Below are positions 20,803-30,140 of a stretch of DNA of 64,000 nucleotides, piece after piece. A program made the position numbers and the translations under genes. The stretch's first letter is position 1, and every line of letters starts with the position of its first letter. The notes beneath the pieces are model-generated. The model made no database searches and was not told where the DNA came from. It saw only the letters and a list, made by a program, of their open reading frames with translations. The DNA is from Promethearchaeota archaeon. Its GTDB lineage: Archaea; Asgardarchaeota; Lokiarchaeia; Sigyniarchaeales; SOKP01. The stretch covers positions 1 through 64,000 of the forward strand of contig JAHPZI010000008.1 in the NCBI GenBank assembly GCA_019058295.1. The letters are read 5' to 3'.

Positions 20803-20861
20803 AAATTTATACTTATCGATTTAGTTTAATAAAATCCAATAAATTTATATTTATCGATTTA
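20803..20861. promoter_or_regulatory. 21-bp direct repeat AAATTTATA(C/T)TTATCGATTTA x2; candidate ArsR operators
   Basis: Copies at 20803-20823 and 20841-20861 with 1 mismatch, between divergent acr3 and arsR. Confidence 0.6.
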
Positions 20862-20900
20862 TATCATTTATATAGAGAATGAAAAATTTTTAATTTATTT

Positions 20901-21326
20901 TTGGTGATAATAATTAACCTCGAGCGTCAAGAAGAAATCAAAAAAATGTTATGCAGTTGCAAGGATTATTGTACTGATTATTTTCAAAGATTACAAAATA
21001 AAGGTTCTGAACTCAAAATAAAAGAAGAATTTAAGAACTTAGAGATTTTTTTCAATGCATTAGCTTCTAAGGAACGGCTTATAATTATAGAATCCTTAAA
21101 AGATCAAAATCGTTGTGTTTGTGAATTGGAGGCTATTTTAGATAAGTCTCAATCGACTATTTCTCATCATTTAAGGAAGCTTGAACGAGCGGGATTAATT
21201 TATTCATTTAAGAAAGGTAATTATACCTATTATGGGCTCATAAAAGAGAGATTAGAGGAATATATTGAAATGTTTAATATCGAAATAAACATAATTTTTA
21301 ATCAAACGAATTTTATTCTCCGTTAA
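20901..21326 (+). CDS. arsR: ArsR/SmtB metalloregulator
   Basis: RCVCEL, SQSTISHHLRKLERAGLI; N-terminal CSC..YC. Confidence 0.9.
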   Translation: MVIIINLERQEEIKKMLCSCKDYCTDYFQRLQNKGSELKIKEEFKNLEIFFNALASKERLIIIESLKDQNRCVCELEAILDKSQSTISHHLRKLERAGLIYSFKKGNYTYYGLIKERLEEYIEMFNIEINIIFNQTNFILR

Positions 21327-21438
21327 AATATATTATTTTTTTTTATTTAACTCATTTTTAATTTATTACCCTTATCTTTAATTAATTAAAGATACATTTT
21401 ATTTTAAAATAAATTTGAACTTGAAGTTTCGATAATTA

Positions 21439-21780
21439 TTGAGGTTTTTAAACATGTTAATTAAAACAATTCTTTTTATATTCCAGAGCGATGAGGGTAC
21501 AAGTGAAATTGATCCATTTAATTTTGCGAAAAGTTTTGGAAATACATTACTAATAATTTTCTTGATACTAATTATTTGGTATGTTATAGCTATTTTTTTA
21601 GCGATATGGGTATATAAAGATGCTCAAAAAAGAATCCATAACGAAAATGTTTGGGTTTTAATTGTTCTTATCTCAGGCATTATTGGGTTTCTAATCTATA
21701 TTCTGCATAGAGATGAGGAAATTATTCATGAAGAAGAATTAGACGCAGAAGAGATAAAAGATGTAGACAATATTCTATAA
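21439..21780 (+). CDS. Small 2-TM membrane protein (PLDc N-terminal-like)
   Basis: IWVYKDA...WVLIVLISGIIGFLIY; acidic tail; paralog at 62215..62556. Confidence 0.65.
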   Translation: MRFLNMLIKTILFIFQSDEGTSEIDPFNFAKSFGNTLLIIFLILIIWYVIAIFLAIWVYKDAQKRIHNENVWVLIVLISGIIGFLIYILHRDEEIIHEEELDAEEIKDVDNIL

Positions 21781-21805
21781 TGAGATAAAAACAACAATAA
21801 ATAAG

Positions 21806-22240
21806 CTAAATATTATAAGTTAATAAATTACATCTTTTCTCAGCTTTTAATCGTCTTAAAGCATCTTCTAATATATTAATAATACGTTCCTTATAGCCAA
21901 TTTGATTAGGATACTCATAGGAAAACGTGCGCCAGTATGGTCTTTTATGACCAACTTTAAATTTTACTCCTTTCATAGATGTCATGTAAGAATTCGCATT
22001 TAATTTAGTAGCAATTTGGTCCGCAATGATATACCAATGAAATTGTGTTTTGACACTCGCGCCGGTATTCATAGGCGCGTTGTGCGCTCTTGTCTTAATA
22101 GCATTAAACTTTATTTGCCATCTATCGGGTGCTTTTTTAACTTCATACCATTTACTATTAGAATAATTCCAATAATGAGAGGCACCTATTTTCATACCAG
22201 TATATACTTGACCATTATGCTTTTTAAGTGTATTATACAT
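21806..22240 (-). CDS. Conserved hypothetical basic, aromatic-rich protein
   Basis: YTGMKIGASHYWNY, FHWYIIADQ; function unknown. Confidence 0.65.
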   Translation of the reverse strand: MYNTLKKHNGQVYTGMKIGASHYWNYSNSKWYEVKKAPDRWQIKFNAIKTRAHNAPMNTGASVKTQFHWYIIADQIATKLNANSYMTSMKGVKFKVGHKRPYWRTFSYEYPNQIGYKERIINILEDALRRLKAEKRCNLLTYNI

Positions 22241-22570
22241 TTCTTAATTCACCATTTCACAATTTAAATTTCTAATTTTCAAGCTAGATCTTTTTTAATT
22301 CTATTGTTAGTGAAAAAGAGAATATTATATAAATATACTAAAAGACACAAGATTTTTCGTCAATTAAATCAGAATTTTAAAAATTCTAAGCACCTATTAA
22401 GTATAAAAAATTTGAATAACAATTTGTAAAATACGGATATTTATATTTAACGGATTTTGTCGGAATATATTTTTCGTTCAATATACAATGTTAAAAGCTC
22501 TTGCAAATATTAATATATAGCTTTCGTCATGTAATTAATAGTTAAAAACGAAATTTACAATTAATAATAG

Positions 22571-23821
22571 ATGAGTATGCCAGAAATAAATAAGGATCTC
22601 GAATTTTCAATGTATTTTAAGAAAGTAGCACCCAAAGATATTGATATCAATAAAGAAGATATATTTTATCGTGATAAATATAATGAGATAATTAATTACA
22701 TAAAAGTAATATTAACTGGTTCAGAGAATTTAGAATTCACTAATTATTTAAAACCTAAAGGAACTCTGCTAATTAACGTTCAACCCGGAACTGATATTAT
22801 AGATTTTTTAAAGCTAATCTCAAGTAACTATTATTTAGATTTCATAGAATTAATTAATACTGATGTTATAACTCAAGATGATAATTTTAAAAATTTTGTT
22901 AGCATCTTAGAAAACATAGAAAAACATGATGTTATTGAAGCAAATGATAAAGAGTTTAATAAAAATGATGTGAAAAAACAGTTAATTTTAATTAATCAGC
23001 CTTATAATTACGATGTTAATGGATCATTAAAATCTCAAAGCCTTATGCAGAGATTTATTAACCATTTTAAAAATAATACAAATAAAATAAATTTCATTGA
23101 AAAAGATTTCATTTTAATATGGCTTAATTATGATTACAAGGAAATTTCTAGATTTTCAAGTGATATTTTTGATATGTTTGATTTATTCATTAAAATTCCA
23201 GTATTGAATAGATTTGAACGTGAGACCGTTCTCAGGAATTTTTTAGAAAAAAATACGAAAATAGTTTTTGATATTAATGCCGTTATTAATTCCACAGAAA
23301 ATTGGGAAGTTAAGGATATAAATCAATTGTTAAAAATTGCGATTTTTAAGCATCATTTAAATTCTGATTTAAATCCCGTAAGCAATGAGATAACAGATAC
23401 TATAGTAGACCTTATTGAAACAGGAGAATTTATCCCATCAACAGTTATTAATAATAGAGTAACGATGATAAAAGATAAGACTAAAGATATGGTTCAAGAT
23501 ACGACCGTCCAGAGTACTGAAGTTAAAGAAAAAGATGTTAAGAATTTATTGGATAAAGATGCGATTATTAATGGAATACGTGAAATGGGTGTTTCAGAAT
23601 TTATGCTCAACCAATTATATGAAAATGCGGCTTCAAAGAATTATAATGAGTTACTGATTATTATTGATAAATTACAGAAGAATGAAGTTCTTGAGGATAA
23701 TGAGAGAAAAATTTTAGCCAGATATCCTTTCATTTTAAACGATTCTCCTAATATTGCAAATCTAAATTTGGAGAAAGCTAAGAAAAGGGTAGATCTTTTG
23801 AAGAAAGCATTTGGAAAATAA
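22571..23821 (+). CDS. Degenerate (catalytically dead) AAA+ domain protein; first gene of the SMC operon
   Basis: KPKGTLLINVQPGTD aligns to PKGVLLxGPPGTGK but lacks GK[T/S]; lid-like FDLFIKIPVLNRFERETVL...STENWEVKDINQL. Confidence 0.6.
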   Translation: MSMPEINKDLEFSMYFKKVAPKDIDINKEDIFYRDKYNEIINYIKVILTGSENLEFTNYLKPKGTLLINVQPGTDIIDFLKLISSNYYLDFIELINTDVITQDDNFKNFVSILENIEKHDVIEANDKEFNKNDVKKQLILINQPYNYDVNGSLKSQSLMQRFINHFKNNTNKINFIEKDFILIWLNYDYKEISRFSSDIFDMFDLFIKIPVLNRFERETVLRNFLEKNTKIVFDINAVINSTENWEVKDINQLLKIAIFKHHLNSDLNPVSNEITDTIVDLIETGEFIPSTVINNRVTMIKDKTKDMVQDTTVQSTEVKEKDVKNLLDKDAIINGIREMGVSEFMLNQLYENAASKNYNELLIIIDKLQKNEVLEDNERKILARYPFILNDSPNIANLNLEKAKKRVDLLKKAFGK

Positions 23822-23845
23822 TTATAAGTTTTTTAAACATAAAAC

Positions 23846-26800
23846 ATGATTAGTAAAGGCCAAATTAAGGAAAATTTCATTGATGGAGTATATATAAGAA
23901 AGGTTATTTTAGAAAATTTCTTATCGTTTCAAAGGGATGAGGTAGATTTTGAAAAGGGAAAATTTTGTTTAATAATCGGTCCTAATTGGTCGGGAAAAAC
24001 TTCCATTTACCAAGCGATTAAATTTGGTTTAGGAAGCAATGAAAGAGATGAGCGCTATTCAAGATGGTCGGACTTTATTAGACATGGCCAAAATCATGCA
24101 ATGGTTGAGATTCATATTCAAAACCAAGATGAGCTAATCCAAGTTAGAAGAACTGTGATAAGAGGACAATCACCATACTTTTCAATCAAGAGAAGTGATG
24201 ATGCCGATTTTAAGCGGATACATGTTCAAGAACTTCAAGAATTAATTAAAGAGTTTAATTACAATCCTGATAATCATTTTGCATTCGTTAGCCAGGGAAA
24301 AATTGATTTAATTAAAAATTTAAAACCAACTGAATTATGTACTTTTCTTGAGGAAGGCATTGGTCTTAAAGGATTAAGAGAAGAGATCTTACAACAGAAA
24401 AAAAATGTTCTAAGCATGAACAAGGAATTACAGTCCATTTCTAACAAGAGGAATGTTCTGAATATAAGCTTGGAACTATTGAAACCTAAGCTTGAACGCT
24501 TGGAACAGAAAAAAGAATTAATCGAAATCAAAAATGGTTATGAAGATGAACTTTTATGGGCCAATAGATACAAATTACAAGATGAAATAAAAACTCTAAA
24601 AAGAAATATCCTAAAAATTCAAGTAGATATTGATGAAATTAAGAAATCTAAGGCAAATATTGAAAAGTCTATTAAAATCGTGGAGGAAAAAATATTAAAA
24701 ATAGATGAGAATGTTAATAATCTTTCAGTTCAGATTGGAGAGAAAAAATTTAGGAAAAAACAATTAATCGATAAAATTCAGAATTGGCAGAATGAGAAAG
24801 TAAGAAAAAAACAGGAACTTGATATATTATCAGATAAAATCTCCAAATTAGAAAAAGTCTTGAATAATTACAAGAGCCAAAAAACAAGTATCGATAATGA
24901 GATTAAGATTATTAATCAAGAAAAAACCAACATAGAAACTAAGATCGATAACCTCATAAAAGAGCAGAACACGCTAACACAAAAAATAAAGCGTAATGAA
25001 GAATTCTTGGCAAAATACAATCAATTGATTTCTGAGAAAAAGGAAAAGAAAACTTTAATTCAACAAAATAATGATAAAATAAAAAGCCTAAATAATGAGA
25101 TCAGCCAATTGTTTCAGAGTTTTAAGGATATTGAGCATAAATTGGAAAAACATAAATGGTTTTTAGAAAATCCAACGAAAAACCTTTTATCTAAACTTGA
25201 TCAAGAATTAAAGGAAGCTACGAATGAGCTTTTTACGCTCGAAAAAAATATTCAAGACCTCGAAAGAGAAAAATATAAAAATATAAATAGACTAAAACCT
25301 CTGCAAGCTTCTCTTAGGGAGCGGCGTATAATTCTCCCGTCTCAAATTACGATTCTAAAAGAAGAAATAAGAAAACGAGAGCTTAATGTAAAGGGTCCAA
25401 TTATTGAATATCTAAAATATGACGATAAGTTATCCTATGCGATAGAATCTGTCCTGGGGGAAAAGTTATTATATAGCTTTATTGCGGATAATTGGGATAC
25501 ATTAGAGTTATTAAAAAGACTCAAAAACAAATATAAAGCATATTGTAATATTTATGTTCCTAAAGATCAAAAAATCTCACCTTTATCTTCAATATCTGGT
25601 TCTGGTGTAATAGGTTATTTAGCTGAGTTAATTAAAGTCATTGGTAATGATTTAGATATTAAAAAAGTATTATATTCAAAAATAAAAAACTGTTTAGTGG
25701 TTAAGGATTATCGTTCTGGAAAAGAAATATATCAAAAATACAATTTTAAAGGAAAATGTGTAACATTAAAAGGAGAGCAGATAATTTCTTATAAGTATGT
25801 CTATGAAACTCCATTTTTAAAGAATTTGAAAGGTTTATTAAGTGCGGGGACACAAGAAGAACAAGCAAGTAAATTAGAGTCTGAAATAAGCGCGTTAAAT
25901 GAACAAATATTAGAATTAAGGGTTCAAGCTTCAAAATTGGATGAAAAACAGCGAGATTTATATGGGAAAAAAGAAACTTTCAACGATTTATTATATAGCT
26001 TTAATCAAAGACAACGATTAACTGCAAAAAAGAACAATTTATATGACCAACGTTCAAAATTAGCTGATGAAAATAATTCGATTCAGGAAGAAATCAAGAC
26101 ATTAAACACCTCAATAAAAAAGTTAGAATCTCAAAAAGATCCCGAATTTTTTAAATGGAATAAGAGAATAAAGAAAATTCCCGAAGAATTAAATAATCTT
26201 AATGATGAAAAGAAAAAATGGAATACATCATTAATAGAAAAGCAGGAAATTCTTAGCGAAGTCGCTTCACGATTGAAAACACACAGAGATTCCTTGAATG
26301 AAATTAAAAAGGATTTTAAGACAAAACAAGATAATTTCCAGAAGGCAGATAATGAAGCATTTGAAGTATATCGAGAATTAGAAGTTATCGATGATGAACT
26401 TAATTCTATTGATGAGCAGACAGTAAATCTGAAGGAAGAAAAAAGCAAAGTTCTAGAAGAGAAAAGAGCTTTAGATAAAACTAACCTTCAAATAAGTCTT
26501 AATTTAGAACAAGAAAATACACAATTAAATTATTCTAAACAAGAATTAGAAAGTAAAGAAGAAGATTTAGAACGAATTAATACTAAAATCGGACCATTAA
26601 TCTCTAAAGAAGAAATTAAGATTCGCCCAATAGAAGAAATTAAAAATGATATTTTACTAATCGATAAAAAATTGATGAAATATTTAGATGTGGACGATTC
26701 TATCTTAGTTGAAAAGGATCAGATATTAGAGGGTTTAAAGGAAATCTCATTAAATCAAAAAGAATTAGAAAAGGATATTAAAGCGGCTTTAAATACAGAA

Positions 26801-27298
26801 AAGAAAATGGAAACAACGTATAATGATAAGTTTAAAGTAGTTCTCAATGATTTAAAGACCAAAATTAATCGAAAATTTAAATCATCTCAAATCAATGAAT
26901 ATTGCTCTCTTGAATTAATAGGAGATTTTGAGGAACTGGGTGTAGATATTAAAGCTTCAACTACAAAAAAGCAGCTTGTATCATGTTCAGCTTTAAGTGG
27001 AGGCCAAATTTCAATGATATCTATTTGTTTAATGCTTTCTTTGCAAGAGATAAAACCTTCTCCTCTATGTATGTTTGATGAGGCGGCTATGTTTCTTGAT
27101 GATAAAAATTCGGAGGCTGTATATCAAATGATAAAAGCTACTCTAGAAGAAAATCCTGCTATTCAATTATTTCTATTTTTGCCTACATCCTCAAAATCAT
27201 TGTATTTACTTGCGGATAAAATAATTGGTGTGGCGAGAGTTGGAAAAAATGAGGTTTCAACAATATTCAAACCGAAAATTATAAAGAAAAAGCGTTAA
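23846..27298 (+). CDS. smc: SMC ATPase, Smc5/6-like
   Basis: LENFLSF, Walker A GPNWSGKTS, Q-loop FVSQG, coiled coils, hinge KGPII..YAIESVLG, signature LSGGQ, SPLCMFDEAAMFLD, QLFLFLP. Confidence 0.92.
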   Translation: MISKGQIKENFIDGVYIRKVILENFLSFQRDEVDFEKGKFCLIIGPNWSGKTSIYQAIKFGLGSNERDERYSRWSDFIRHGQNHAMVEIHIQNQDELIQVRRTVIRGQSPYFSIKRSDDADFKRIHVQELQELIKEFNYNPDNHFAFVSQGKIDLIKNLKPTELCTFLEEGIGLKGLREEILQQKKNVLSMNKELQSISNKRNVLNISLELLKPKLERLEQKKELIEIKNGYEDELLWANRYKLQDEIKTLKRNILKIQVDIDEIKKSKANIEKSIKIVEEKILKIDENVNNLSVQIGEKKFRKKQLIDKIQNWQNEKVRKKQELDILSDKISKLEKVLNNYKSQKTSIDNEIKIINQEKTNIETKIDNLIKEQNTLTQKIKRNEEFLAKYNQLISEKKEKKTLIQQNNDKIKSLNNEISQLFQSFKDIEHKLEKHKWFLENPTKNLLSKLDQELKEATNELFTLEKNIQDLEREKYKNINRLKPLQASLRERRIILPSQITILKEEIRKRELNVKGPIIEYLKYDDKLSYAIESVLGEKLLYSFIADNWDTLELLKRLKNKYKAYCNIYVPKDQKISPLSSISGSGVIGYLAELIKVIGNDLDIKKVLYSKIKNCLVVKDYRSGKEIYQKYNFKGKCVTLKGEQIISYKYVYETPFLKNLKGLLSAGTQEEQASKLESEISALNEQILELRVQASKLDEKQRDLYGKKETFNDLLYSFNQRQRLTAKKNNLYDQRSKLADENNSIQEEIKTLNTSIKKLESQKDPEFFKWNKRIKKIPEELNNLNDEKKKWNTSLIEKQEILSEVASRLKTHRDSLNEIKKDFKTKQDNFQKADNEAFEVYRELEVIDDELNSIDEQTVNLKEEKSKVLEEKRALDKTNLQISLNLEQENTQLNYSKQELESKEEDLERINTKIGPLISKEEIKIRPIEEIKNDILLIDKKLMKYLDVDDSILVEKDQILEGLKEISLNQKELEKDIKAALNTEKKMETTYNDKFKVVLNDLKTKINRKFKSSQINEYCSLELIGDFEELGVDIKASTTKKQLVSCSALSGGQISMISICLMLSLQEIKPSPLCMFDEAAMFLDDKNSEAVYQMIKATLEENPAIQLFLFLPTSSKSLYLLADKIIGVARVGKNEVSTIFKPKIIKKKR

Positions 27299-27946
27299 AT
27301 GATAGAAGAGAATCTTTTAGAGGAATTGGATAAGAAAATAAAGGATATTCACGATAGTATCCTCGAAGGTAAGATTTCACTCTTAGATTTGGAATTAGTC
27401 CCTATGTTTAATCAAATAAGAGATACTTTAAATATTGATAATCTTGATACAGAATCGTTAATCTACAAAAATACATGTGAGATTCTTAACCAAAAGTTTG
27501 ATGAGCTGAAAAAATTGCTAAGTTCATTAGATACTCAAGAAAAGTTCACACAATATATGAATTCAGAACCAAGCGACGCCGAAATATATGATTTATTTGA
27601 AGGATGTTGGAGTAAAGTCTTCACATTAGATGCTTTGTCTATGGATTTTCTAGAAATTTCAAAAGAAAGACTAAGTAAACTCATAAAGAAGTCATATTCT
27701 ATTGAACATTTACAAAAAACGGATGAAGGAGGAGATTTTATATTGGAAGTTCCAAAACTCAAATTTTCTGAAAAGATGATGGAATTCTTTAATACCATTC
27801 AAGATAAATTACCGTGCTCATTCGAGGTCATTTTTGAGGATGAGTCAGATCAAATAGAAATTTTTGAAAAATTCGTCTTTCTTTTACATCTTCTTCAAAT
27901 AGGGATAATTAAATATCAAAAAGAAACAAATACTTTATACAAATAG
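27299..27946 (+). CDS. Kleisin-like subunit (ScpA/Nse4-like)
   Basis: ATG directly abuts the smc stop; N-term EGKISLLDLEL and C-terminal winged helix FVFLLHLLQIGIIKYQ resemble ScpA. Confidence 0.7.
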   Translation: MIEENLLEELDKKIKDIHDSILEGKISLLDLELVPMFNQIRDTLNIDNLDTESLIYKNTCEILNQKFDELKKLLSSLDTQEKFTQYMNSEPSDAEIYDLFEGCWSKVFTLDALSMDFLEISKERLSKLIKKSYSIEHLQKTDEGGDFILEVPKLKFSEKMMEFFNTIQDKLPCSFEVIFEDESDQIEIFEKFVFLLHLLQIGIIKYQKETNTLYK

Positions 27947-27962
27947 GGAGTTGGATTAGATT

Positions 27963-28484
27963 TTGAATGAAATATCAATTTTAATGCATTTATTAAGTAA
28001 TAAAGTGGGTTTATATCAAATTGGAGCTACAGAAGAAGAAGTTCTTCAAGCATTGAAAATTACAGGGAAGAATAGAACATATTATTTTCAAGATTTACTC
28101 ACCAATTTATCTAAATATATAGAACCTTTAGGCTTGGAAGTTAAATATAATCCCATAGACTCACACTGGTTTCTTTCTTTTGATTCTGAAATTTCAGATA
28201 CTATTTCTGCAAATCCTTTCGAAGGAAAACCAAGATTAGCTGCGACATTATTCAGTGTACTTGTCTGCTGTCTTCAAAATATGGGAATTGGAAAAATTCA
28301 GGATATTAAAAAACTGCGATATAAAAAAAATATACACGAAGATTTGAAAGAGTTAGAACAATTCGGGTATATTGAAATATTGAAAGATGGTTCTCAAATT
28401 CAATTGACACCATTAATAGGTTATCAATTGAATATAGAACAACTGTTCATTAAAATGGCATTGAAATTGAAAAAATTAGAATAA
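27963..28484 (+). CDS. Tandem winged-helix Kite-like subunit (ScpB/Nse1-like)
   Basis: 173 aa with two wH-like halves (LTNLSKYIEPLGLEVKY; LKELEQFGYIE...LTP); position in the operon. Confidence 0.65.
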   Translation: MNEISILMHLLSNKVGLYQIGATEEEVLQALKITGKNRTYYFQDLLTNLSKYIEPLGLEVKYNPIDSHWFLSFDSEISDTISANPFEGKPRLAATLFSVLVCCLQNMGIGKIQDIKKLRYKKNIHEDLKELEQFGYIEILKDGSQIQLTPLIGYQLNIEQLFIKMALKLKKLE

Positions 28485-29412
28485 GTATGTAAGAAAAAAT
28501 TATTCTGTTTTTTAATTACTAGTACAAATTCAAACACGTAATCCAATTATTAAATAAATTAAATAGAATGAATTTTTATAGTAATATATAAAATTGTTTA
28601 GTTTAAAGATAGTCGTAATAGAAAGTAGTAAAAATAGTAATGATTTAAATAAGTAGAACAATTGGAGATAAAATATGATTAAGAAAATAATTAAATCTTA
28701 TATAATGGCCGCTTTAAAAATATTGAATTATAATTCAAGTTTAATTAACATATTAAGAACACCCGATAATAGGGGAAAAAATAAGAATAAACTATTTAGA
28801 TTGGACATGGAAAAAGAATTTTGGCCCATTTCTGAAAAATGTAAAAATTATACAATGACGAAAACTAAAAGACAGTATTCACTCTATCAAGCGATCAAAT
28901 ATATAGTAAAAAATGAAATTCCCGGAGATATCGTAGAATGTGGCGTATGGAGGGGTGGCAGTATGATGTTATGCGCATATACTTTATTAAAACTTAACGA
29001 TATCTCAAGAAAAATTTATTTATATGATATATACGGAAAGCCATGGGACCAAGCATCTTTAAGAAAAGTAAAAAAAAATTTATTTTCAACTGGATATCCA
29101 AGAAATAAATTAATATTTGTTAAAGGAAAAGTTGAAGATACGATACCAGAAATTATGCCTGAAGAAATCTCAATTCTCCGTTTGGATATTAATATTGATT
29201 CGTATGAATCCACTTATCATGAACTAGTATATCTTTTTCCTATATTAGCTAAACATGGAATACTAATATTTGACGATTATGGAATAAATAAAAAGCAACA
29301 AATGGCTACTAATGAGTATTTTAATGAAAAGAATATAAAGCTCTTTTTAAGTAGAATTGATTACGGTATGCGATTAGCTATAAAATTATAATAAGTATGT
29401 AAGAAAAAATTA
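28472..29412 (+). repeat. 31-bp direct repeat flanking the TylF gene
   Basis: AAAATTA(G/T)AATAAGTATGTAAGAAAAAATTA at 28472-28502 and 29382-29412. Confidence 0.85.
28675..29391 (+). CDS. TylF/MycF-family O-methyltransferase
   Basis: IPGDIVECGVWRGGS, LYD, VKGKVEDTIP, LRLD, YEST, FDDY. Confidence 0.9.
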   Translation: MIKKIIKSYIMAALKILNYNSSLINILRTPDNRGKNKNKLFRLDMEKEFWPISEKCKNYTMTKTKRQYSLYQAIKYIVKNEIPGDIVECGVWRGGSMMLCAYTLLKLNDISRKIYLYDIYGKPWDQASLRKVKKNLFSTGYPRNKLIFVKGKVEDTIPEIMPEEISILRLDINIDSYESTYHELVYLFPILAKHGILIFDDYGINKKQQMATNEYFNEKNIKLFLSRIDYGMRLAIKL

Positions 29413-29490
29413 ATCTCCTTCGTTTTGAAGAAGGTGAATATGATTTGAATTGCTGAAATTAAAAAAATTATTGTTAGAAAAAGAAGTAAT

Positions 29491-30138
29491 TTAACCCGTC
29501 GCAGTACAGATTTCTAATATCATTTCCGCAACCGCATTATTATACGTCTCAACTTCGGCAAAGCCTTCCACTGTCTCACCGCACGTAATATAGGTCTCTT
29601 TTACATCAATTTTTCTCTTAGTAAAGTAATCTACTATTTTCTTCTTTGCGGCTTCAAGTTTCTTTTCCTTCTCCGCCTTATTCCCTTTCACCAAATCAAA
29701 TTTGTTTATACAAACATATATGGCCTTCGGAAAGAACCGAACATCCGTAAAAAACTTTAATTGTTCCTCTATCGGACGATCCATCGAAAATACCGCCACA
29801 ATCTGCGTAGCAATCCGGGAAATCGTGATAATCCCCATCTTCACAACTGCACGGCTTGCATCGCCCCCAGGGGCGAAGATGGTGTGAGCTTTGTTAGTTT
29901 TGTCCTCTCTAAAAACTATTCGATTAGGATGGATGGTTTTTGTTTCTTTTTCGTTAAGCGCATCTTCTTTTTTACCTCCGGGGACTGTTGCCTCACCACT
30001 AAAATCTGTCTTCATTACAGTGCATTTTGTACCTCCTTCCACATTTTCTATATCACCTTTATTTAAATATCTAACGAATAACCGTAATAAAGAAGTTTTA
30101 CCAACACTTATATCTCCAAGCAAACCAATATTGACCAT
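29491..30138 (-). CDS. Atypical Ras-superfamily small GTPase (MglA-like switch II)
   Basis: G1 GDISVGKTS, G2 TKTI, G3 FAPGG (no Asp), G4 NKFD, G5 TCG. Confidence 0.8.
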   Translation of the reverse strand: MVNIGLLGDISVGKTSLLRLFVRYLNKGDIENVEGGTKCTVMKTDFSGEATVPGGKKEDALNEKETKTIHPNRIVFREDKTNKAHTIFAPGGDASRAVVKMGIITISRIATQIVAVFSMDRPIEEQLKFFTDVRFFPKAIYVCINKFDLVKGNKAEKEKKLEAAKKKIVDYFTKRKIDVKETYITCGETVEGFAEVETYNNAVAEMILEICTATG

Positions 30139-30140
30139 TT

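Noticed and set aside
22571-28484. Wadjet/MksBEFG or SbcCD/Rad50 assignment
   Set aside because: No Toprim JetD or Mre11/SbcD nuclease adjacent, no CxxC zinc hook, a globular hinge is present, and gene order differs
29491-30138. Locally higher GC in the GTPase gene as a sign of horizontal transfer
   Set aside because: Judged by eye only; other conserved genes such as dnaK are also GC-richer, and there are no mobility marks
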